This document shows, piece by piece, positions 10,737 through 20,923 of a stretch of 42,433 bases of DNA. The translations under genes and the position numbers were made by a program. How positions within the stretch are numbered: position 1 is the first letter of the stretch; the number at the start of each line of letters is the position of its first letter. Under the pieces are notes generated by a model. The model did not search any database. It saw only the letters and a program-made list of their open reading frames with translations, and was not told where the DNA came from. Origin of the DNA: Rhizaria sp. SCN 62-66 (taxonomy: Eukaryota); NCBI GenBank assembly GCA_001724265.1, contig MEDY01000266.1, positions 1 through 42,433 on the forward strand, in the 5' to 3' direction.

Positions 10737-11674
10737 AACACCGGAACACTAATTACTAGTACTACTAGTAACTCACTAAAAAAAATAGTAGAATTAATAC
10801 AGTGCGTATGAGTAGCGCGAAACTGATCAATGTTCAATCAGCGCCGCTTTTGATATCGAGAAAGTTAAGAGGTGTATTAAAATGATTGCCTCATGAACAA
10901 TAACAGTGACTTGTTCTGCTCTCAATGCGAACACACTGTTGCGACCAGTTACGCGCACCCAAGAGACTTCACGAATAAGTCGTGACATACTCGCAATGTG
11001 GGCAGAGAATATGGCGCTGTCATCAGCGCTGTCTTCGGCGAGCAGAAGGGCTTGAAGCCGCCAAACTCGGACTCGTTGCCGCTGCCGCTGCTGCTGCTGT
11101 CGCTCTGGCTGTCGATGAGTACTAGTAGCGTTACTAAATTTTTATAGTATTATTAGTATGAATAGTACATGTATATCTGTGTGTGACATAAACCGCCTTT
11201 GCCGGGACAAAGAAGAGGTTGCATGAAATAAAAACGCTTGTCAAAGCTTTACATTAACGCGCTCATGTGTTCTTTGTTTGATCTTGATCTGACTTTAAGT
11301 GCGTCGAACCACTGCAATTTCCATCATCATTCGCCGACTCTATTACTAGTACTGGTACAGTACTAGTACACCGTGTACTACGAATGAGTCCACGCACTTG
11401 ACACATTTGAGTATACGCATTTGAACATGCGTTGAGATCATCGCACTGAACAACGACAGACCAGTGACGCGCGCAATAAACTCAGTCACAAGATAGCAAT
11501 GCCGCTGCCTAGTCCGAGGCGTCATTTTCAGCGCAAATTCGCAAAAACAAAGCTCTTAGAGAGCAAAAATTGTTAGTCCAGGCACACTACGTATTTGCGC
11601 ACGTGTGAAGTTAGCAGCAAAAAGAAATCGTATCAGCGACGGTTGTGCTCAGCCGGCGCAAGAAAAAAAAAGTA

Positions 11675-11745
11675 TGCTAGTGCCGGGAAACGAACCCGGG
11701 TTGCAAGAATCACAGTCTTGTGTTCTACCACTATACTACACCAGC
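11675..11745 (-). tRNA. tRNA-His(GUG), copy 3, inverted
   Basis: Exact reverse complement of copies 1 and 2, with a long oligo-T terminator downstream on the minus strand. Confidence 0.95.
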
Positions 11746-12115
11746 CAGTTGATTTCTCAATCTATCACAGCAAATTGCTGCTGATGTATCTTTTTACCAA
11801 ATTTAAATTATAAGGATAGATCAAAAACTTGTAGCTGAAATGACAAGTTTACCTGAGATTTATTGTTTTGGTTACTTAGTAACGCACACTATAGCTAACA
11901 AACACTAATTTTTTTTTTAACAATGTGTCGATATTTTTTATGAAAAAGAGTCGAGAGCGCGAACAAAAACGTTGAAATGTATTGGGCCTGTCAGTCACGC
12001 AGCAAAAAGCAGAACTGATAGCTATGAATTAAATAAAGCACATGAAACTGGATCAAACAAAGATGTGGCGGAATACCAACTCGACAAGGGCGTAAAAAGA
12101 AGTGAACCACTTGTT

Positions 12116-14428
12116 TCAGGTGCCTTTCAGAAGCGGCGCGACCTTCTGCTTGTAGAACGCGCGCGCCTGCTGTCCCTGGGCCCTCACTGCGGCATCGGCG
12201 CGGCGGCCAGTGGGCATGGACGTCATAGCCGCACGCGCTGCCACGTGATCCTCGCCACGGACCTTGGCCACAGCCTCCGCGTACGTCGCGTGGGCGTTGC
12301 GCTTATCACTGTCCAGACGCACCCGCGCGTTGGTCGAGTTAACGCTCAACGTCGCCGCGCTCCGCGCCGCCTCGGTCGCGTGTTTCGCTTCCTCGCGCGC
12401 CGCCTCAGCCGCAGCTCGCAGCGCTGAGTTCTTGGGCGCCTCGTTGGCCTTGCTCTCGGCCGCCACGGCAAGTTGGGCCTTCTCACGAGCCCTCTTGACA
12501 GCCATAACGCTCGCAATGGTGTTTTGCTGCGCAATGAGCCCCTCTTGGGAGATCTTCTTGCCCTCGGCGGCGGAGTCTTTGCGAGTCGTGGTGGCCAGCT
12601 TATGCCGCATCATCGACCGGTGAACCTGGTCCATGCGCATCTTAAACAGCGTGGCCCAGCTCACGTGCGTGTTGTCCGTCATCGTCCAGTATTTGGTCAG
12701 CAACTGCATGCGTTTCTGATACTCCTCGGGCAGCAGCTGCGTCCAGGCCCCCATGGAGACGGCGCGCAGAGCCGCCAGGTCGCGGCGGCCGGACGACATG
12801 CGCGCCGCGAGCTCGACAATGAGGAACGCCAGCTCTGAGAAGCCCATGTCGCGCAGCGAGACGAGCATTGCGCGCATGACCGTGTCGGCGGACGGCAGCG
12901 CCGCGTAGCCCTGGGCGAGGCCGCGGCGCGAGCTCTCGACCAGGCCGTACATGGGGTCAACATCGAAGCCCAGGCAGGAGAGAACGGCCTGCTGCATCTG
13001 CAGGTAGTTGGCGAGCACTTCCGGTGTCGACAGGATGGTCTGCACCTCGGCGGGGGTCAGAGGCGGCGCGTCCTTGCTGTTGTCGTTGCCCTCGAAGGAG
13101 GGAAACAGCCACGGCAGCAGGTCGGTGGAGATGGTGGCAAGGAGGGACGAGCTTTGATTGTTGAGACTCTGAAGCACATTGTCGTACGTGAGCATCAGAG
13201 GGCGGCTCGCAACAGTTCCACTGAAAAAGTGGAAGTTGAGCATGTTTTCCGCGTATTTCGTGCGCATAGGCTGCGCAGTCTCCGTGAGCCACTGCTCAGA
13301 GGCCGGCCGCAGCGGACCCATCATCGGCGAGCGCATTTCATTGTACAGCGTCTGCACATCCGGCGTGAAATCGCCGCTGCCACCGCGAGAGTCGACCTCG
13401 TCGAAGTACGCCTGGCTGCGGTGCGAGACGATCTTTTCGCCCATGCGGTTGTACCTCACGACGCTCGATTCACGGCCGGGGCGCGCGTCTGCGCCTGCGC
13501 CTGCGCCTGCGTCGTCGGCAGCGGCGACGGCGTCGGTCTTGAGGTAGAAATCTTCCCGCTTCTTTTCTTTGATAATCGTCGAGCTGAGATACACGCTGCT
13601 CCTGTCGTTCCCGGCGCTGTTGCCGCGCCGCTCCCGCTGGGCGACGGCGCGCTCCGTCTCTGCGTGGAGAGCCTGCTTGAGCTCCGCGCGGGAGCGTGGC
13701 ACAGGCACAGGGTTCTGCTGCTCCATCAATTTCTCTTGCTCCGCGGCTGCGTTCCTGTTGCGGATCGTCGTGAACAGACTGGCGCGGCGGTCTGACCGCA
13801 GAGAGGAGAGGTCGGGGGTGAGTGCAGCGGCAGGAGCAGGAGCCACGGGGTCAGGAGTGGCCGGGGCAGCGGCGCGGGCAGCAGCCGCAAGGGCACTAAC
13901 CCTGGGCGTGCTCGACCAGTTGTTACTGCGCAGGGGCGTGTTCCACGCGCCGCTCGCGGTCGTCGCGGTCGCGGTTGAGGGGGCGGGGGCGGGGGCAGGC
14001 GTGGAAGGGGGGCTGTCGGGATCTAGGCTGCCGTCAGCGTTCATGAAGAAGGTGGTTATGTTGTTGTTCGCATCCTCTTTGTTGTCGAAGCCAGAGGGTG
14101 ACGACGACGAGAAAGCGCGAGCTCCCCAGGCAGCGGCGGAGGCAGAGCGGGAGGAGAGAGGAGGAGAGAGCGCGGCAACAGTCGGCGCACTCACGGAAAC
14201 ACAAGCGGACGAGCAGGGCAGTTGCGGGGCAGTGCGGAGGTAAAGCGTGGCGGCTGTAGAGTGAGCGCGGGAAGAGCTACAGAGCGTTGCAGGGAGCGCG
14301 GGAGCGACGGAGCCGGCCGAGGGTGCAAGTGGCACTTGCGCAGAGACCAGAGGCGCTGGCATCGACAGCATGGCGCTGCGGGAGGCACGCGAAAGCGCGG
14401 AAAATGCCTGCACACGGATGTGTGGCAT
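12116..14428 (-). CDS. 770-aa protein with a divergent opioid growth factor receptor (OGFr_N)-like domain and probable mitochondrial presequence
   Basis: Segment NFHFFSG...LLPWLFP...APPLTPAEVQTI...LGF...MLVSLRDMG parallels OGFr (NL.FY...YIQWLFP...AkPLT..Ev..F...fyG...ILkSLgelG). The first ~110 aa are Ser/Ala/Arg-rich with no acidic residues and end in ARAFSSS. Confidence 0.7.
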   Translation of the reverse strand: MPHIRVQAFSALSRASRSAMLSMPAPLVSAQVPLAPSAGSVAPALPATLCSSSRAHSTAATLYLRTAPQLPCSSACVSVSAPTVAALSPPLSSRSASAAAWGARAFSSSSPSGFDNKEDANNNITTFFMNADGSLDPDSPPSTPAPAPAPSTATATTASGAWNTPLRSNNWSSTPRVSALAAAARAAAPATPDPVAPAPAAALTPDLSSLRSDRRASLFTTIRNRNAAAEQEKLMEQQNPVPVPRSRAELKQALHAETERAVAQRERRGNSAGNDRSSVYLSSTIIKEKKREDFYLKTDAVAAADDAGAGAGADARPGRESSVVRYNRMGEKIVSHRSQAYFDEVDSRGGSGDFTPDVQTLYNEMRSPMMGPLRPASEQWLTETAQPMRTKYAENMLNFHFFSGTVASRPLMLTYDNVLQSLNNQSSSLLATISTDLLPWLFPSFEGNDNSKDAPPLTPAEVQTILSTPEVLANYLQMQQAVLSCLGFDVDPMYGLVESSRRGLAQGYAALPSADTVMRAMLVSLRDMGFSELAFLIVELAARMSSGRRDLAALRAVSMGAWTQLLPEEYQKRMQLLTKYWTMTDNTHVSWATLFKMRMDQVHRSMMRHKLATTTRKDSAAEGKKISQEGLIAQQNTIASVMAVKRAREKAQLAVAAESKANEAPKNSALRAAAEAAREEAKHATEAARSAATLSVNSTNARVRLDSDKRNAHATYAEAVAKVRGEDHVAARAAMTSMPTGRRADAAVRAQGQQARAFYKQKVAPLLKGT

Positions 14429-14866
14429 GTGATAGGTACTCTGCAGTGAGCGCTAGAAAAGTGCAAAGAGCCTCTGGGTGGAACTGCAGAAGGGCGTAGA
14501 GAATGCCAGTGTGGGGGATGGTGAGGTGAAGCCGTGCAACAGGGTATGAAAATGACGGGATAAAAAACCGTCAGTGCAAGTGAAATAAGCATATCATAGA
14601 TAAATAACATAAAAATAATTTAACATCGAGTTGGTTATGCCACAGGTCGCAGCTTGATCCAGGTGTTTGTTCTGCCGTGAGAAGCGGCGGTCGGGTGTAG
14701 GTGACTCAGAGCGCGTGGAAGCAACATAAGATATTTGCGTCAATCTCAGTCAGTTGTTGTCATGGCTCACTAATTTTCATGATTTTCGGCTTCATAAGAA
14801 ATTTAAACATTATACTAACACGATTCGCTCTTAAATCTTGTTTATCACATCCAACTACAAGTGAGA

Positions 14867-16444
14867 ATGTCGCAGCCCGCCCCGGCGCCCGTTGCTGCTT
14901 CTCCTGCTGTCCCTGGCGGCGCCCCGTCTGCGTCCCCAGGCCCCGCTGCTCGCGGCGAGCCCGTTGCGCAGATCTATCGCCAAGGTGACTGGGAGTTTGC
15001 CTGCCAGTCGGGCCCCATTGCCACGAGCGCCGTCATCGACGCCGTCGAGTCAGCGCTGCAAATGAAGGCCCCCGAAATGCCTTTTTTCGCGAACTTCTTG
15101 CGCATTCGCCACGCTCCGTCTGGCATCACCTTTGCCTTCGACGCCCGCCACGCGCTCGCCGAGTGCAAGGCCTCCTACAAGCCCGAGCTCGACCCCAGTC
15201 TTGCCGCACTGCCCTCAGCAGCTGCCGCCGCAGATCCTGATACCCCCGGCAGCAACGGTGACGTAAGTCCTGCTCCTGCCAAGAAGCCTGCCCTGACTGT
15301 CAAGGACCTCTACACGTCTCCCTCGGCGCCGCTGCCCGCGCCCCCGCCCGTGCTCGTGCGCGCCGCGTCTCTCTGGAGCGCGCGCCGTCCGCCGCAGCAG
15401 TCTCTCTCGCAGTCGCCGTCGCAGTCTACCGAGTCTCTTACTCCCAGCAGCTCCGGCGACGGTGCCAGCGCCAGGAGTGCGAGTGAGGGCGCGAGCCCCG
15501 CCGCGGTGGACGCGGCGATGGCGGCCGCACTGACCCCGATTGCCGCCCGCGACCGCAGGTTCGCGTTTGACTGGACCTTCACGACACCCTACGCCGGGCA
15601 CACCCACCGCTGGCGGCCTATCGTCGCGCCGGCGCCCAGCGCGCACGGTCACGCGCACGGTCACTGTGAGGGCGGCAGTGGGGACTGCTGCAACGGCAGT
15701 GACTGTAGCGCGAGCGCGAGCGCGAGCGCTGACGCTGAGACTGAGGCTGTGCGCAACACGACTCACACCGCCGCTCTCAGCCTCGCAGACAAGCTCCAGA
15801 CCCCCACCGACGCGCCCGCAGCCGCGACCGCTGCAGAAGATATCGCTGCAAGCAGTTCCGTCCCCGTCATGTCACCCGAAGCCATCGCGGCCGCGCTGCT
15901 GGCGCGCGCGGCTGACGCGCCGCCGCCCGCGTGGCAGCCCGTCCCCGCGGCCTCGTCCGCGACGGGCGGCGCGCTGGGCGCGCCGGGCGGGATCCCGTAC
16001 GATCACCTGCGTCGGCGCGAGGCGATCGTCTTCGCGGCCTCGCTGCCGCTGTACGAGGACGAGCTGCACGACTTCGGCGCCACGCGCCTCTCGCTCAAGC
16101 TCCGCATCATGCCGTCGTGTTTCTTCCTCATGATGCGCTGCTTTGTGCGCGTCGACGGCGTCCTCGTGCGCTCGCGTGAAACACGTCTGTTCCACTTCTT
16201 CGGCTCCAACGAGGTTCTCCGCGAGGCGCGGCACGGCGAGGCGACCTTCGAGCAGCTGGCCGCGCTGGGCCACCCCGCCGAGGTGACTGAGTACAGGGAC
16301 GAGGACGTCGCCGCGAGCAGGCTGCCCGTGCGCGCGCTGCTCACGCAGAGGCTGTGTCTGGATGGCGGCGAGGGCGAGGGCGACAGCGACTGTGGGAATA
16401 GCAACGCGGGTGCGAGGTGCGGCGACAAGAAGGGCTGCTGCTGA
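14867..16444 (+). CDS. TIPRL: TIP41-like PP2A regulator, 525 aa with low-complexity inserts
   Basis: Hallmark motifs PEMPF..N.L, FDWTFTTPY.G, LYEDELHD.G, LRIMPSCFF, RVDGVLVR.RETR. Confidence 0.93.
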   Translation: MSQPAPAPVAASPAVPGGAPSASPGPAARGEPVAQIYRQGDWEFACQSGPIATSAVIDAVESALQMKAPEMPFFANFLRIRHAPSGITFAFDARHALAECKASYKPELDPSLAALPSAAAAADPDTPGSNGDVSPAPAKKPALTVKDLYTSPSAPLPAPPPVLVRAASLWSARRPPQQSLSQSPSQSTESLTPSSSGDGASARSASEGASPAAVDAAMAAALTPIAARDRRFAFDWTFTTPYAGHTHRWRPIVAPAPSAHGHAHGHCEGGSGDCCNGSDCSASASASADAETEAVRNTTHTAALSLADKLQTPTDAPAAATAAEDIAASSSVPVMSPEAIAAALLARAADAPPPAWQPVPAASSATGGALGAPGGIPYDHLRRREAIVFAASLPLYEDELHDFGATRLSLKLRIMPSCFFLMMRCFVRVDGVLVRSRETRLFHFFGSNEVLREARHGEATFEQLAALGHPAEVTEYRDEDVAASRLPVRALLTQRLCLDGGEGEGDSDCGNSNAGARCGDKKGCC

Positions 16445-17375
16445 AGCTGAGGTCGAGGCAGAGTGATGATTCGAAGATAAAATATTGTTGCGAGTCTTGT
16501 ATTGTACCTATATCACTTGTTTTTCGCTTTTATTTTTGTGGTACATTGTATGTGATAATGATACGTTTGCGACATCGCGAGATCAGAGCCAGGGCCAGTT
16601 CAAGACAAAGGACTTTATGTGTCCTACATCATCGAACATGAGCATATACACCATTTTAATCTTGATTATCATTGTTTTTACACTTGTTAAGCAGGCTTGA
16701 TCTATAAAAAGAGCACGTTGAGCTATCTATTATTGGCTATCTCTCCATCACTTTCTGTCAGTCAACTTGAAGAGCTTTCAGAGCGGAGAACAAAGCGTTA
16801 AGTCGTGACTTAAATAGAACAGTGGTTGAGATAATATTCTCAAGAATTTGCTTTATTTGAAATCAAAAACTAGAATCAATTAGTTTTAGGCCCACCCATT
16901 ATGATATCACGACACATTCATCTTGTGTTGTCATGATGTTAGCTGCAACAGCGACTCTCACTTTAAATGTATTCAGACATAACTATGGAAGAATTCTGTG
17001 TAACTTTAACCGCTATAAGCAAATAAAACTCTTGATATAGTGTCTCATAAAACTTACAGATTTAATGTTTTAATCTATATTGACATCAAAAAATCCGATA
17101 ATATGATTTTTGACTTAAAGATTGACCGTGAGCGCGTAGGCTTCCTGAGTCGTTCGAAACTAGGCCGGCACAAAAGCAATCGATAAGCTTCCAATATAGA
17201 AACAATTACCAATGATCTTTTACACACTTCTCCACGATCAAAGCAAACTCTACTTAACAAGAGTTCCTGGGACTGATGCAAAGTCAGTAACCACTTGAAG
17301 TGCTTACGCTAACTTATGTTTTCTTGTTTTACACATTCACTTGGCAATATTTTGCGTATTTATAGACTTGAACAC

Positions 17376-17723
17376 ATGGGTGTCAGGATCCTTTCGCTGC
17401 TCATGATGGGCGCCTGCGTCCTTTTTGCACTGCTCTCGAGCGCTGAGGCCTTCCGCGGAGGCTGGGGCGGCGGCGGCTTCCGCGGCGGCGGCTTCCGCGG
17501 TGGATGGGGAGGTCGCGGTTGGGGCGGTGGCTGGGGCGGCCGCGGTTGGGGTGGTGGCTGGGGCCGTGGATGGGGCGGCGGCTGGGGTCGCGGCCTTGGT
17601 TGGGGCCGTGGTTGGGGCTACGGCCGTGGCCTTGGCTGGGGCCGTGGTCTTGGCTGGGGCGGCTATGGCTGGGGCTACCCTCGCTACGGAGGCTGGGGCT
17701 ACAGCGGCTACGGCTGCTATTAA
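17376..17723 (+). CDS. Secreted Gly/Trp/Arg/Tyr-rich repeat peptide, 115 aa
   Basis: Hydrophobic signal peptide MGVRILSLLMMGACVLFALLSSAEA (A-x-A cleavage site), followed by FRGGWGGG.../GWGGR/GWGRGL repeats. Isolated GC-rich island in AT-rich DNA. Confidence 0.8.
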   Translation: MGVRILSLLMMGACVLFALLSSAEAFRGGWGGGGFRGGGFRGGWGGRGWGGGWGGRGWGGGWGRGWGGGWGRGLGWGRGWGYGRGLGWGRGLGWGGYGWGYPRYGGWGYSGYGCY

Positions 17724-17753
17724 AGGCACCGTGCGTCGAGACATAGGCGTTTT

Positions 17754-17789
<36 letters not shown>

Positions 17790-18243
17790 AGACTCATAAG
17801 TCTCAGAGGTGCTGCAGCGTGGTGACAAGCGAATATTATCGATCTCAGGATTAGCAAGAATAATACAACAATGGTTTTATTCACACATCAGACAAAAAAC
17901 CCGATAAAAACGAATTCTACTTGCGCACCTACGACAACTTGAAGCTTGACTCGTCCATGTAACAATCATAGTTATAGCAAAGTTTCCACAAATGGTTTTG
18001 TTCCAGGAGAGTATTTTTGTATTTTAAGTGTGTTTTAGCTCTACCAAATCACATAAAAGCGTCTACGCACTTTAGCAACACATTCTCATTGTTAAAACAT
18101 TATAAACGAACCAAAAGAGATGTAAACAAGAGTATGAGAGACACCCATCGCGCCAATGACCTTCATATTAAATAAATCACTCACAGGCAGCAGACAAGAC
18201 ATGCTCATATAAATACTAGACAGTATTCTGACTGAGCAAAGCT

Positions 18244-19209
<966 letters not shown>

Positions 19210-19315
19210 CTACAATACAATCAATAATTTTGGTGAAATGAATAATACAATTTAGAATTTAGCTAATGTTAAAAACACAAAATACATGTTAAGTCCTGAT
19301 TGACAGACATTTTAC
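19210..19315 (-). other. Probable 5'UTR intron of GFUS, 106 nt
   Basis: CG|GTAAAA donor, very AT-rich body, TTGTAG|AAA-ATG acceptor 3 nt before the start codon. Confidence 0.55.
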
Positions 19316-19852
19316 CGAGTTCTACATAGAAAAGTTTAGCTTTTGCTTCTCTGGCGACGAGGCACTGGCTGCCGACAACGGAGCGAGTACTCGCAGAAAC
19401 AGCTTTATTTAGGCGTCTACAGGGGCGTCAACGCGCAGTAGAGAGCCAATAGAGAGTTGATAAGGGAATAATAAGGTTCGATTTTGTATTTATTGGTTCT
19501 TTGGTTGTTTTGGTAGAATCTGTACTTGGTTCTAGCGTGTTTAGTAAACTGAATAAAATGACTGCCCCAGGTCACCACACGACACTGCGCTTTTCTCACA
19601 GCTGTCGTCGCGCCCGTTGCTTAAAATACCACCATCCCGATCTGCGCTTCTATCTCATACTTGCACGGTATCGTTAGGCGCGCTTGTCGCTGTTTTCTAG
19701 CACACACAAGCAGCTGCCCCCCACCGGCAAGTTCGTTTAATCGTTGCCATGTTGATGTTGACTACGACAACAGAGGTCGCGTTCTCTCACAATATAATAT
19801 GTCTCTCCCGTGCGCTCACCGCGCCATAGCCTGCAGTTTGCCAGTTACGTGC

Positions 19853-20230
19853 TTAGACGGTGAGGTACTTGCGGCCCTTGGCGCGGCGCGAGGCGAGGAC
19901 GCGGCGGCCGTGCGCGGTGCGCTGGCGCAGCAGGAAGCCGTGGCGACGCTTGCGCACCAGCAGCGACGGCTGGTACGTGCGGAACGTCTTGCTGCGGGCG
20001 CCCGCGGGGACGAGCGCGGCCAGCGGGTTGAAGGACGCGTTGAGCTGCGCCGACAGGGCCGTGGGGGCGCGCAAGAGGGGCGCGGAGGCGATGCGTGAAG
20101 ACGAGGACACGGTGAAGAGTGAGGGAATCGCGGCAGAGAAAAAGCCGCGCGAAGCGGCCGCGGGGAACGCCGCGAAGGTCGAGGCAGGCGTGATGCTGCC
20201 GGAGACAACCTTGGACAGGCACCGGAACAT
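19853..20230 (-). CDS. MRPL34: Mitochondrial ribosomal protein bL34m with presequence
   Basis: C-terminal [42 protein letters not shown] is the L34 signature. The ~80-aa N-terminal extension is Ser/Ala/Arg-rich and has no acidic residues. Confidence 0.95.
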   Translation of the reverse strand: MFRCLSKVVSGSITPASTFAAFPAAASRGFFSAAIPSLFTVSSSSRIASAPLLRAPTALSAQLNASFNPLAALVPAGARSKTFRTYQPSLLVRKRRHGFLLRQRTAHGRRVLASRRAKGRKYLTV

Positions 20231-20923
20231 CTATGTGAAGCGAGACACGAAGGCGCGGTGGGCACAGGACGGCGAGATAGGGAAGAAAAGAGCAAGGTCA
20301 TGTGAGAAGTAAGTCGCGGAGCGGCAGAGAGTGTAGCAAGGGCAAAACAGGGTCACACGCATAATTGCTAAAATATAACATGCAAAAGAACACGTATTTT
20401 ATAAATAACCCTATACAGGACCAATACAACGGCCCTGTGTCCCTCACATTCACCTCGAGGGAACGCCCAGCCAGTACACATTTCGTTCCGCCGTCCGTCC
20501 GCCGTCCAGCCGGCTTTTTTCGACCCCGACCGAACGGACCAGCAATACCACACAACAAGACAGGGTTCAAAAGAGGTATGGTAACGGGTCTCTAGCGAGA
20601 CACATGCGTCGTCAGAGGCGCTATAATTTGAGCTCCGGACCATTTTTAGTGCTTTAGTAACTATATTATGTCGCAGTTTGAATCCGAGGTATATGTTCCT
20701 CACATCGCCACCTTCTCTAACTGCTCTCAACTCCTTGTCATTCACCGCGTGCCCTTGTGTTATTTCCGCGTCTCCCAGTCGTGTACTTACAGCTACCCGA
20801 CTGCCACCAGACTAGAGGCTTATCAGCACACTATTATTGCAGCGAGCGCGGCTACAACTCTCCAGAGGTCGTTTCCGCCCCCGCAACGAGTTCGCGCCCG
20901 AGCCGCCCTCGCTCTGCCACTCC

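Noticed and set aside
9765-10837. Short AT-rich ORFs (9765-9959, 10400-10759, 10523-10837)
   Set aside because: They lack the genome's codon bias and any recognisable motif; no transposase or reverse transcriptase signature seen.
16433-16480. TGC TGC TGA AGC TGA at the TIPRL end as selenocysteine recoding
   Set aside because: TIP41 is not a redox enzyme, no SECIS was recognisable, and the sequence becomes AT-rich shortly after.
17451-17720. GW/WG repeats as Argonaute-binding hooks
   Set aside because: A clear signal peptide would route the product away from cytosolic Argonaute.
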